From Eledone cirrhosa (Eukaryota), in assembly GCA_964016885.1 (NCBI GenBank), contig OZ024740.1, forward strand, positions 197,780,001-197,844,000: a stretch of DNA of 64,000 bases, read 5' to 3'. The position numbers and the translations under genes are program-made. This document shows positions 14,339 through 27,490 of the stretch, piece after piece; within the stretch, counting starts at the first letter, position 1; each line of letters starts with the position of its first letter. Under the pieces are notes generated by a model. The model was given only the letters and a program-made list of their open reading frames with translations, had not been told where the DNA came from and ran no database searches.

Positions 14339-14769
14339 TTATATTGTATTGATTTTTATACATTAAATTTTGCTCTGGTACTTACATAGAGCACTCTTCA
14401 CTTCTATGACCTTTTCTGTTTTCAACGGAAATTTCAATACATATATATATATATGTATGTATATGTGTGTATATACATCACTCAGTCAAACGACCAGATT
14501 TCAACCCCAACATCTACAACAACAACACCGGCACTAATGTTTACAGCAACAACAGCTTCAGAATGAATTGAAATAAACATTTACAACAACAACAACAGCG
14601 GCATCAAACGATAAAAAAACAAACAAAATAACTCAAAATAACAAAACACACACACACACGCACATAACACAACAACATCAACTGCCACCACCATCACCAC
14701 CACCGCCGCCGCCATCACCATCACCAGCAACTGGGCCTTAAGAAAACAACTTTAATAATAATAATAATT

Positions 14770-15010
14770 TTTCTGCTTTTGGCACGGATCCAGCGACTTG
14801 TCCAGCGCATTACTGGTACTCTCTTTTGTTGACTCCGTGGGGATGAAAGGCAACGTTTACCTCGGCGGGATTTAAGCTCAGTGCGTGGAGGGCCATAGCT
14901 CTATGCTGTAAAGCAATTATAATAATTGTTTCTACGTTAGGCTCAAGGCCAGCAATTACCCAGTGCATTACTGGTACTTTATTTTATCGACCCCGTAAGG
15001 ATGAAAGCAA
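14770..15010 (-). mobile_element. Two tandem fragments of an abundant tRNA-derived SINE
   Basis: ACTGGTACTTTATTTTATCGACCCCGTAAGGATGAAAG core, shared with 58356-58530, 62903-63087 and 63686-63784. Confidence 0.8.
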
Positions 15011-15102
15011 TTATAATAATACTGGACTGTAATACGAACGGCTTCAACTATACAAACTCTTGAAAGTCAACAGTTGACATAATCTTGTATCAGTAATGAC
15101 GG

Positions 15103-15184
<82 letters not shown>

Positions 15185-15349
15185 ATGTAAGTGAGTAGCG
15201 TGTGTGTATTTGTATGTATGAGTGTTGCTGTGTGCGCGCATATGTATGCGTGTGTGTGCGCGCGTATGTATGCGCGTGTGTGTATGTCGTACGTATAAGT
15301 GTCAATAAGTGAGTTTTTTTTTCTTTTTGCGCGCAGGGACATAGAAATA

Positions 15350-15610
15350 ATCGGGCTGGATGCCCGATCGTGCAGTTAAACCACTGGGAGTGAAGAACCC
15401 CTAGCCCTTGTCAGAGCATTCTTCTAGGAGAAGGCATCTCAGGAAACTGGGTTAACTCCGACATAAAACCTGCGGCTCAGTAGTTACCGACGATGTTGAT
15501 CTTTTCTTCTTTTCGGGTTATAGCTACTGTCGCTCAGAGAGTGGGATTGGCTCAGTGCACAGTCTTTCCTCACTTTAAAAATATTCGTCACGCACAGGCA
15601 TTGCACGAGT
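15350..15610 (+). mobile_element. RTE-type 5' UTR-like fragment
   Basis: CCCTAGCCCTTGTCAGAGCATTCTTCTAGGAGAAGG... is similar to the reverse complement of 7800-7980. Confidence 0.4.
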
Positions 15611-15659
15611 GCATTAATAATTATTAATAGTGTATTATTATTATTACTATTATTATTAT

Positions 15660-18600
15660 TGGCGGCCTACGTAGTAAATCGTATCATCGTGAGCTCCGCA
15701 AAGGTTTGTTATTTCCGTTTGTTAAAAATTGCCATTTATGGAAATTTTTTATTGTTAACTATATATAAGCGCACATACATTGTTTTCCGAAAAGGACACC
15801 CAAAAAGATTGGGGCCTTGTGTCCAAAATTTAAACTTTTATGATTATCAAAAAATTTCTTTGAAAAAAATGGCTAATTCACCTCTGCACCAAGCAGCTGA
15901 GAGCCTTCCTCACAAACTAACACCTCACACCGACACCACCATTGTAAATGTTACTACGTTTGCCAACACTAAAAAAAATATAAGCAGTAGCAATATTTTA
16001 AATTTGTCTCAGGCAGACATTCATTTCCCGCCATTACCAATGACTGCAGGTGTTAAAGCCGCCACCACCACCACCGCGACAACCACCACCCACACCACCA
16101 CCGCGACAACAGAAACAAAAGGAAAAAATAAATCAACTTGTGATGTCGAAATGTTTTCAACCAAAATGGACTCTTCCACACCGAACACCACTGACGTCAC
16201 CACCACCACAACTGAAACTAAAATTAATAATAACAAAAATAACGATAACAACAACAGCAACAATGACATTAAAAAAACCAACCTGAGTTTTTCCAGAGTA
16301 GCAAAACAGTGTGAAGCATTTACGGTAACTCAGGAGGAATTAGAAAATGCCAAAAAAATGGTAAAGAAAGATGGGTACAGGGTCAGCCTCACCCCCCACC
16401 TAATAAAATGGAGCATCGGCGCCTATGCACCGTGTCGTATCGAACAATTAATGTAGAATTGCGCCGAGTGGAACGGGCATCCGAGTCCCAAATCCAAAAA
16501 GCTTTGGGACATGTGTGGGTAAGAAAAACCCACATCAGACGTGGGCAGAAGTATGGAATCGTGGACGTGTTCTTTGAAACACCAGAGGAGGCTAGAGAAT
16601 ACTCCATGGCCCCATTAAGAAGTGACGACTTCGCACTCGTCCCAAGCTATTGTGGCAAGAGACTCGTAAAGATCAGGGTGACCCACGTTCCACCGGCCAT
16701 CGAAATTCCCTGGCTAATAGCGGTCGTCCTCGACGGCATCGAAGCCAACACCAAGATAATAGCAAAAGCAAAAGAAAAGCAGGAGAACTGGTCCGGATCT
16801 GGGATGGAGCTCCTGATCCAAGCGGAACAAAAAAGCATTGAGGAGATCCCAGAGGTAATAGACCTCACTGACGGCACCCACCTCACCGTAATTGTCGAGG
16901 GCAGAAGGCCTAGGTGTGTCGTTTGTGGTGAAGGAACCCACCTAAGGGCTTTTTGCCCTCAGGCTAAAAGGTTGAGGCCACCTCTCCTACCCACACCAGT
17001 GACTCAACCATCAACACCACCAGTAGCAGAGAGGGCAGCAACAACTGTAGCAGCAACAACAGAAGCAACTATAACAGCAACAACCCCAGCAACAGTAGCA
17101 AAACCAACACCACCACCACCAGCAAAACCAACACCACCACCACCCAACGCTTCAGAACTAGCACCAGCGCCTACACCATCCACCACACCACAACCAAAAC
17201 TAACGCCTGTGGAGGATTTTCCACCCCCCGGCCTATCACAACTGGAGACAGATTGTGACAACGAGGAGTGGGAAACGGTATCAAGAAAAAAGAAAAAAAG
17301 AAACCAAAAAAGAAAAAATTCTCTTCCTTACCCCTCCAAAAACAAAATACAGAGGGAAACAAATAAATTAACAAACAAAAAAGTTAGGACAGATATGCCA
17401 CCATCCACACCAGCATCACCAACCCCATCACCCCAAACACCAACACCATCACCATCATTAACCCCAACACCACCATCACCTACGCCACAAAAGTCACCAA
17501 AATGCGAAACAGAAACAAACCCACAACAAACGCAAACAAAACAAAACAACCAAAACGATACACACTACACAGCATTAAATTTGAACAACAACCAATTATT
17601 ACACTACATCCAACACAACACCAGCATCACAGAAAAAGACTACACAACAACCCCAAAATTCACACCACCTCCACACATACAAATCACTCGCATCACACAG
17701 AAAACGTACATGACACTAAAACAAAAATTCCCCAAAGACATCGGAGACTTCCGACAAGCACTCTCTAGGAGGATTTATAAGGACATCCTTCCTGAGGAGG
17801 CCACAAGCAGTGAAAAGGATGGAAAAACCGTCCTTCCTCTACGACAAGTAAGGTAAGTGATCTTTCCCATCTTTTCCACTCCATTTCAACATGACCTCAC
17901 TCAGAATAGGCAGCATAAATGCGCGTGTCTTGGGGTCGTCATGGAAGCAGGGCCACCTGTTCAACGACCTCAGGTCACTAAACATAGATGTAGTGGCCAT
18001 CAGCGAGACCAGAATCTCCGAAGCACGGGCCTTCGCACCGATCTTCGGCGGCTACGATGTGTACGCATCGCCCAGCCGTCCGGGATCGGGGGTGGGTTTG
18101 CTGTGATGTTTCGGAGATGTTTGGATCTTGCCATACGGGCCATCTTCCTGGACCCAGAAGGTAAGTTGGTGGTGCTGGACGTGACCAGCGGAGACGGGCA
18201 AGCTTTCAGGTTAGTGGCCGTCTATGCCCCGACAGGAGCAGGGCGGCCTGATTTCTTCCGGCGTCTGGAGACCTTTCTTGGAACGTCCCGCTCTTTAGTG
18301 TTAGTGAGCGACTGGAACGGGATCTTAGATGCACGCTGGGATTGTGTGGGATTAGTGGATAGGGGAGGAGGGTGCAAGAGTCTAACCAACCTGCTCAGGC
18401 GTTTTGAACTGTCTGACAGGTACCTATTGGATTTCCCGAATGTACCAATGTGGACTTGGACAAATCGCATAGGGTCATCCAGATCATATCTAGATAGAGT
18501 ATTTTGTAGGGAAATAGATAGGTCTAGCATAGGCTGTCCACAATTCAAGATAGTCAGCTACACGGACCACAAATTCGTGATCTGTGTGCTTGACTTAGAT

Positions 18601-18847
18601 AGGCTTCATAGACGAGGACCCGGCTACTGGAAGCTAAACGCGTCCTTACCAGCGGGCAAGGCCTACAGAGACCGGATTAGCGAACTAGTTAAGCGGGCGT
18701 TGACGGGGGCCATCGTCAACAACAAGTGGTGGTTTGCTCTGAAAAGAGCAATTAGAATAGAGTCCATTAGGTTTAGTAAGGCTTTAGCAATAGAGAAAAA
18801 TAGAGCAGAGGGAGAATTAGTTAGAAAATTAGACGAGGCGCTTTGCA
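15660..18847 (+). mobile_element. Tx1/L1-clade retrotransposon copy 1 (5' end, ORF1, APE endonuclease; RT absent)
   Basis: ORF1 15869-17856 (frameshift near 16410) has zinc knuckle CVVCGEGTHLRAFC. ORF2 from 17891 reads LRIGSINAR...AISETR...VYAP...DWN...YLDRVF...TDH...GYWKLN. Starts directly after (TTA)n. Confidence 0.9.
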
Positions 18848-21480
18848 AAGTGAAACTAAACACTAAACGTAAAATCCGGGCTCCTGGTGTTGCCCTTCCC
18901 AGAAGATTGACTGCTGCTCGTCTTATGGATACAAATGAGAAGAGGACATTGCAAGAAGAGATGCAGGTTGCAGACCTTGGTGAGGATTGGCCGACCCTTA
19001 AAAGGTCGGTTTGTGAAGTAGGCAGGCGTGTTCTGGGATTGGTGCAGAGAAAATATCAGGATTGGTTTAATGAGAATGATGTACATATAGAAGACTTGTT
19101 GGCTGATAAGAGGCGTGCTCTGTCACGCTACTTGACGGCAAAACCACAGGAGAGGAATACGTTGCATGAGGAGCTCAGGGATGTAAAATCACGTGTTAGG
19201 CGGAGTCTTTCTCAGATGAAGGATCAGTGGTGGAGTGAGAAGGCTGGTGAGATACAAACTGCGTCATATTCCAATAACACAAAGCTGTTGTACAGTCTCT
19301 TGCGTGAGGTTTATGGACCGTCTTCTTCTCTGGTGACACCGCTTCGCAGCAAGGATGGCAAAGAACTTCTTCGTGACTCACAAAGAATTCTACGAAGGTA
19401 GCGAGAGCACTTTGATGATCCTTTGAATCAGCCGTCTGTCGTCAGTGAAGATTTCCTCAATCTCATTGCAGAAAGTCCTGTAAAAGTAGCTCTCGCAGAA
19501 CCTCCGACGCTTGTGGAGGTTGCAGTGGCTATCTCAAAGCTGAACAGTGGAAGGTCTCCAGGTATGGATGGCATACATGCTGAGCTCCTACAATATGGTG
19601 GTGAGAGACTCCTGCAACATCTTCACTCTTTGTTTGGCAGGATATGGGCTAATGAATCCGTACCTGAGGACTGGAGAGATGCAGTAATGGTGGTCTTGTA
19701 CAAGGGAAAGGGTAACAGGAATGATTGTGGGAACTACAGAGGTATATCATTGCTTTCTGTCGTAGGGAAAGTTTTATGTAGGTTCTTCTGGACCGTCTGC
19801 TGACACACATTGCAGATTGTGTTCTTCCTGAAAGTCAATCTGGTTTTCGTGCTGGACGCCGCACTACTTCTCAGCTAGACAGCTCCAGGAGAAGAGGATG
19901 GAATAAGGTTAGGATCTGTATCAGGTTTTTGTCGATCTGACAAAAGCTTTCGATACTGTTAACAGAGAGGCATTATGGAAGGTTCTCCAGAAACTTGGTT
20001 GCCCTGATAAGTTCCTTGCTTTAGTTAGGTCTTTCCATGACGACATGAAGGCTAGGGTTAATGTCGGAGGTAACATGTTGGAGCCTATCTCAGTAAAAAT
20101 TGGAGTGAAACAGGGGGATATTCCAGCACCGACCCTGTTTGCTATATACTTTGCAATGGTTTTCTGTATTGCATTCAGGAATTGCGAACATGGTGTTTAC
20201 ATCCGATATCGAACCTCAGGCAGCATATTTATCATCAGGCGCTTTGCTGCAAAGACAAAAGTATTTACATCAATCATAAGAGACCTCTTGTATGCAGATG
20301 ATTGTGATCTTGTAGCGCACACAGAGAGTGATATGCAGCACATTTTGAATGCATTTTCTGACGCTTGCACTGCCCTGGGTTTGACTGTCAGTCTCAAGAA
20401 AACCGTCGTCATGTACCAACCTGCCCCTGGTAAGCAGTACACTGAACCAAATATCTATGTGTGTGGTAAACGACTTGGAGTGGTTGATCAGTTTGTCTAC
20501 CTGGGAAGCACTGTCAATTGATACAGCAACCTTGACAGTGAAATCTCACTTAGGATTAGGAAAGCAAGTGATGCTTTCGGAAAGCTAGAAAGGCGACTCG
20601 GGGGTCGGCGAGACATATGCAGGAGGACAAAGGTAAAGGTGTACAAGGCATGTGTGTTCTCTTGTCTTCTTTATGCCTGCGAGACCTGGGTCACATATCG
20701 ACACCACCTTAAGCAATTGGAGCGTTTCCATCAGATGTGTCTCAGACGGATCCATGGCGTTCACTGGAGGGACCACATCAGTGATGTCGAGATTTTGGAA
20801 AGCTCTATGTGTGACAGTATAAAAGCTCTTGTGCTTAAGCAACGACTCCGTTGGAGTGGTCACCTTGCCAGGATGAAGGATTCTAGAATACAAAAACAAC
20901 TCTTTTATGGAGAGTTGGTTAAAGGAAAACGACCGCCACATAAACCAAAAAAGAGGTATAAAGATTCCTTGAAAGCCTCTTTGAAAGACGCTAACATCTC
21001 TGCTGATACATGGGAAAATATTGCTGCTGATCGTAATAAATGGAGAAAGACTGTATATGAGGGAAAAGTTGCCTTTGAGGCATCTCGAATCGCATACGAG
21101 AAAGTAAAGCGGGGTGTGAGGAAGGGCATTGCTGTGCACTTCCAGGCGGCGAGGGTCCTCCTATGGTGCTGACATGCAGCGTCAGTGCGAGACTCTGCCT
21201 AAGAAAAGCTGGACTCGAAAGTCATCTTCGCAGTCATAAAGTAAGACCAGTGGTTGACTACCAGGCTGCTGTTGGAGATGCTACTCATCATGCTTGCCAA
21301 ACATGTGGTAGAGAATGTAAATCAGCAGGAAGGCTCAAGCGACATGCAAAAGTACACGAACTCCAACCACAGCCGGCTATTCCCAGTGAATGTTTTGGTT
21401 GCCGACTCTGTGCAAGACATTTTAGATCATTGGCTGGGCTAAAAAGCCACATTCGATCGCAGTGATGTTAGTTGCTATCG
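18847..21480 (+). mobile_element. RTE-clade LINE lacking its own endonuclease, degraded RT with C-terminal C2H2 fingers
   Basis: SPGMDGIHAE, LYKGKG..CGNYRGISLLS, GVKQGD..PTLF, LLYADDC, YLGS, LLYACETW, LRWSGH..RM, FYGEL. Three C2H2-like fingers at 21163-21465. Confidence 0.9.
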
Positions 21481-21617
21481 TGTGTATGTGTGTGTATAGA
21501 TATGTTTATGTGTGTGCGTGTGTGTATATATATATATATGTATATGTATATTATTATTGTTGTTGTTGTCGTTATTATTATTGTTGTTATTATTATTATT
21601 ATTATTGTTATTATATA

Positions 21618-24600
21618 TGGCCGCACATGTGTGAAGACTGTACAAATCTGCGAAGGAAAGGTTCGTAACTTTAAGCTGTTTTAAAGTGTCATTTTTTGTA
21701 TTTTCCTGTCGTTAACGAAACTTAGGGTACACATCTTGATTTAAAGAGAGAGATACCTCTCAATATTCGGGCTTTAAGACGGAATATTCAGTTTTATTTT
21801 TAAAAACTTCGAAAAATATCGCTTCCACACCCCCAAAAAAATTATGGAAATGTTCGACCTTGAAACGGTAAACAACGTTCAGGTCAAACATTTAAAGGCA
21901 GCCACTGTAGATTTCACCACGACTACGACGGCTACAGTCATGCCTGTCGTCCACTCTACTGAATGTGAAGGCAAAACTCAACCTTCTGTGATAGCAGCAG
22001 TATCATCAGAAAACGACATCACCACCACAACAACAACAACTCAGAGCAATAACGACAATAACACTGACAGCTTCAATGTAAACACGGAAGGCGGTGGCAA
22101 CAGCATCAACAAACAAAACAACAACACCAATAACAACAGCAAGTATGACAACACCAACAATAAGAGCATCAGAAACACCACATTTGCTGCAGCAGCAGCA
22201 AAAACAAAGCGCTTATTGAATATTGATATTGATATTAGCGATAAAGACGAACAGTGGGCCAAAGCGTGGAGGCTAATTAAACGGGAGAAGTCCTGGGCAA
22301 ACCTGACCATCCCGGACGAGGCAATAGCGGCCATGCAAAGGAGGACGGTGTTTTTTCGATGTATTTCGGTGCAAACACGAAAATTGGAACTTGCGAGCCA
22401 AGCAGAGGTCGAGGCTGCTTTGGAGTACATCGGAAGTAACATAGAGTACAAAGCAAGAGGCAAACAGTTCGGTACCATCTCGGTACTGTTCAAAACCGAG
22501 GCCCTCGCTATTAAGAACTCGGTGACCACCTGCAGAACGGAACGCATTATCATGCATCCGTCCTACATGGGTAAAAGGACAGTAAAGGTACGCATTCCCA
22601 GCATCCCACAGGAATGAACATATGGTGGTTGCTGTGATGCGTAATCGAGGAGGGGACAGACACTACCCTCCTGGATATCAAACGGACAGAGAGAGAGGAC
22701 TGGTCCGGAATGGATTTGGAGATTCTTCTCCAAATGAAACCGGAGGATATGAATAACATCCCGGATTTTGCCCGCCTGCAGGACGGGACAACACTCCAAC
22801 TAATCATTGACGGAAGAAGGCCACGCTGCTTCGTCTGCGGGGAAGCAACGCATCTTCAATCCTTCTGCCCTCAGCGCAAAAATGCAGGGGTCGCAAACCT
22901 CCTTTGTTGCCAACGCCAGTGTCAGCACGGAAAGCTGCACCACCACCACCACCACCACCACCACCACCACCACCACCAAAAACAACACCAACAAAAACAC
23001 GGACACCAACATCAAAAACAGCCGGATCACCACCAACACCAAAACCAATCCAAGGAGAAAACGAGGAAAGCTCTTTCACTTCCCTACCCCCCCAATTATA
23101 CACATAGACAAAACAATAAACGTACACACAGACACAGAGACACTCACAGACACAGACCCTTTGTCTTCCAGCAGCGAAGATGAAGGAAAACCCAAAAGTG
23201 CAAAAAAACAGAGAATACTCACAAAAAAAAAGCCCCAACAAAACACAATTAAGAGTAGGAAGTTTAAATGTTCGCGGCCTGGGGTCAGCCTGGAAGCAGG
23301 GTCGCCTGCTCAACGACCTCCGGTCGCTGGAAATGGACGTGATTGCCGTCAGCGAGACCAGAATTTCCGACACGCGCGCACTAACCCCCATTTTCGACGA
23401 CTATCAGATCTTCGCATCTGTTAGCAGGCCGGGAATGGGGCGTGGGGTGGAAGTGCTGTTTAGGAAAGGACTGGATTTCGAGATAAGGTCGATCTTCCGG
23501 GACCCGGACAGTAAGTTGGTGGTCTTGGATGTGAGCAGTAGCGAAGGTGGTGCCTTTAGACTGCTGGCCGTCTACGCCCCTACTGGGGCCGGACGACCTG
23601 ACTTCTTTAGGCGCCTGGAGACCTTTCTGGGTACGTCTCGCCCTTTACTGTTAGCGGGGGACTGGAATGGCATCTTAGACGCACGCTGGGATTGTGTGGG
23701 AGTAGCCGATAGGAGCGGGGTGTGCAAAAGCCTCAAGCACCTACTCAGCCAGTTCCAACTGTCTGACAGGTATCGACTAGATTTCCCCAATGTGCCAGAA
23801 TGGACATGGACCAACCGAATGGGGTCATCTAGATCGTATATAGACAGGATCTTCATTAGGAAAATAGATAGAAATAGTGTGGGCTGTCCACTTTTTAAAA
23901 CGGTCGCCTATTCAGATCACAAATTTGTGATCTGTACGGTCCACCTAAATAAAACGCGTAGGTTAGGAGCGGGTTACTGGAAGCTGAACATGTCATTTCC
24001 GGCACGTAAGGCTTACAGGGACCGAGTCAACAATTTAGTTAAGCAAAAGTTGACAGGGGGGATCATCAACAACAGATGGTGGGTGGCGCTCAAAAGAGAC
24101 ATTAGAGTAACTTCGATAGAGTTCAGCAAAGAACTAGCGTTAGAGAAAAATAGAAAGGAGGGGGAGCTGGTAGATAAGTTAGACGAGGCTATTTGTAGTG
24201 GCATCTCAACTGACGTGCTAGCGGCGAGAATGGCATTAGACTATTTCTTCAATGCCAAACACGAAGGTTGCATTGTCAGAGCTAAGGCGCGTGCGCTGAG
24301 AAACGAGGGAACTAAAGCTGTTCGATGGGCTCGCGTGGCGGAGGCACAGCGTGGTAATAAAACCACAATTCGGTCTTTGGCGGACCTAGACGGACACGAG
24401 ATAAGCAATTCCAAGCGGATGTGTGAGGCCTTTCGCCAGCACTTTGCTCGGTTGTTCAGGGAGAGTGGCGAGTCAGAGAAAGTAGCGGATTTCAGTCCCT
24501 ACCTTGACGGCTTGCCGCGCATCTCGACGGTCGACGCTGAGCGCTGCGAAAGGCCGATTACTTCAGCCGAAATTCAGGACGCCCTTGTCGGCTGCATGAG

Positions 24601-26926
24601 GCGCAAGTCACCCGGTTTGGATGGCCTGCCCTACGAGCTTTACGTAAATATGCCAGACTTGTTCTCCGAACTCCTCGAAGCACTCTACTGCAACTGGCAG
24701 CAGAATGGGAGTATTCCCAGTTCTGTGAGTAGGGGAGTGGTGACGCTGATAAGGAAAGACGAGAACAAGAGGGATACATTAGACAACTTCAGGCCCATAA
24801 GTCTGCTCAACACAGAGTTTAAGATTTTGGCCAAGGTGTTAGCAAAGAGATTGGCGATTGTCGTCGAGGATTTGGTTGGGGAGGCGCAAACTTGCGCAAT
24901 CCCAGCCAGGTCCATACACGACAATCTCCACCTCATGCGCTACATCATAGAGAGGGTAGGGTGTAAACCTGACTTCGGTCGGGCACTGATCAATTTAGAT
25001 CAATCGAAAGCATTCGATAGGGTCGACCATCGGTATCTGGAGGTTGTCGTCCTCAAAGCAGCTGGCTTCGGCCCTGTCTTTAGAAGCTGGATCGTTGCCA
25101 TGCACAGCGGCACACGCTCGGTGGTCAAGGTTAATGGCCACCTCTCGGAACCATTTCGGCTCTTCGATCGGTCCGTCAAGGGTGCCCTCTCTCTTCCCTT
25201 CTGTACGTATTGACTCTCGAGCCTTTACTGCGGAAGTTGGAGCTGTTGCAGGGCATCCCGCTCGAACCGGGACGTGGAAAGGCGGTGTCGGCTTATGCGG
25301 ACGACATCACCGTGATGGTGTCGAACACCTCAGAAATCGAGGTGGTCGGCACCTTATTGAAGGAATATGAAAGGTTGACAGGAGCCAAACTTAAGCTTGC
25401 AGCTCGGAACCTGGAGAGGCAAGCCCATGCCGTCCAACAGCGTCGTGGGGCGCTGGACGGACGGACCGGTAAAGTTGCTCGGGGTTTGGTTCGGACCAGA
25501 CCTCCAGGTGGAAAAGAATTGGGACGAGGTAACGAGCAGAGTAGCCAGTCTCACCCAAAAATGGGCTGGGAGGAAGCTATCACTGAAAGGTCGCGCGGAG
25601 GTGGCGAATGCGTACATCGCGTCCGTCATCTACTACCGCCTGACCGTCGTACCTTGTCCCCGTCCGCGCCTCGTCAAGTTGGAACGGCTCCTCTTCAAAT
25701 TCTTGTGGAGGGGACAAGTTCCGTTGGTGAGGCGGTCCATCTGCTGCCAGCACCCTCTACGCGGAGGGCTGGGCATGCCGTGGCTAATGATGCGCAGACA
25801 TGCGTTGAGGCTGCGACATCTCCATATATTCTGCCTCACGGTGAACAGGTGTGGTCTCCGTTTATCAGACGGGCCTTTCCGCTGCTCATTTCTTTGACTG
25901 AGCTGCAGTCCTGGGTCAAGAAGAGACCGAGACTGGGTGACTGGCACCTGGAATGTTGCCAGGCACTCACTGCCCTCTACCAAGCGGGCAATGCGATCAG
26001 TGGAACTTCCACTCTCGAGTTCTATAGAGGATTAGTGGTGGGCAAGTGCGATGACGCACTCGGAGAAGCTTTGGGCCTCGACGAAATCGAACTGACCAGT
26101 CTGTACCGGAGGACTTTTGAGCCGGGGACGATGGACAATTTCCAGAAATCCCTCGCTTGGCAGTGCTACCGGGGGGGCACTGCCGGTTCGGGATAAACTC
26201 TACAGGCACGGAAGTGCTGTCAGACGGATCTGCCCAAGGTGCGCACAGAACGACGAAACGGTTCTCCACGCACTTGTCCAATGTCCGTGCATTACTGACT
26301 TGTGGAGTTATGTCGAACAGCTACTCTCGCGTGTGGAACGAATCCGGCTATCGGCCGAGTCCATAGTGAAGATCGATTCACCCCCTTCCTTAGGTCAGGA
26401 AGAGCAGGAAATTTTCCTCTGTCTGGTGGCAGTTGCGAAAGAGATTATATTCTGGACCAGGTTGAAAGGACTAAAGACAGACATTTTTCTCTTCGGCCAA
26501 TCCCTCATCAACTTCTTCAAGTTTCACCTGGAAAGGAAGGTGAGGGTGGAGAGAGAAGTGCTGCTCCCCAGTACATTTGCTAAAAGGTGGATGAATGTGG
26601 CGAGAATGGCTCGTGTGAATGGGCCTACTCTGACCATGCGCATATAGGCTAGCTAACTTGAGGAGAGGGGTGCTCTCCCTGGGTGCCCTAGAAGCGCAGG
26701 GTGGTTCAGGATTGGTGTGGTACCCGAGTCACCCCAGGGTCGTCCACCCCCTATCGGGGAATTTATTTTGTTATATTTATGCATAGTTTATTTTATATTT
26801 TTATATCTTTATTGTTAAATTAGTCTTGCCATTGTGCACTTTTACTCGACCTTATTGTAAACCCCCACTGTCCCTGTCTTTGTATTGTCCCCTACATGTC
26901 GGCCCTTGTGGCTAATAAATGAAATC
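21618..26926 (+). mobile_element. Near full-length Tx1/L1-clade retrotransposon copy 2 (frameshifted)
   Basis: ORF1 21844-~23170 has knuckle CFVCGEATHLQSFC. ORF2 23180-26647 has APE, RT (KSPGLDG, RPISLLN, DQSKAFDRVDH, AYADDI) and C-terminal CPRC...HALVQC. 3' AATAAATGAAATC then (ATT)n. (TTA)n-rich on both flanks. Confidence 0.92.
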
Positions 26927-27084
26927 ATTATTATTATTATTGTTATTAATGTATATGTGTGTATATATATATGTATGTGCGTATATTTGTATGTGTGTGT
27001 GTATATATATATATTTCTTTTTTTTTTTTTTCTTTTCTTTTTTATTTATTTATTAATATATATATATTGTATATATTTTTTCTC

Positions 27085-27125
27085 CTCGTGCAATGGCCAT
27101 ACTCGATAACGAGGGGGCAGCCATC
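27085..27125 (+). mobile_element. Extreme 3' end of an RTE element followed by its (ATGT)n tail
   Basis: GGCCATACTCGATAACGAGGGGGCAGCCATC(ATGT)n, compare 32275-32303. Confidence 0.6.
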
Positions 27126-27230
27126 ATGTATGTATGTATGTATGTATGTATGTATGTATGTATGTATGTATGTATGTATGTATGTATGTATGTATGTATG
27201 TATGTTTGTATGTATGTATGTATGTAAAAT

Positions 27231-27396
27231 GTTATCTCTTTCTCTTAATTTCGAGTATATTTTTGACCGGCCACCTTCCTGGTGGCCAGGTTGTAAAAGA
27301 AAAGAAATTGTCATCTCTTGAATCGCAAGAATGATTTGCAAATTTTGAAGGTGCCAGCTATCGCATCCATTTGTAGACTATGAATTAAGGAGCTGC
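27231..27396 (-). mobile_element. R4/Dong-like subfamily 1, 3' terminal fragment
   Basis: Reverse complement of ~7400-7570. Flanked by (ATGT)n on both sides. Confidence 0.85.
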
Positions 27397-27490
27397 ATGT
27401 ATGTATGTATGTATGTATGTATGTATGTATGTATGTATGTATGTATGTATGTATGTATGTGTGTATGTATGTATGTATGTATGTATGTAT

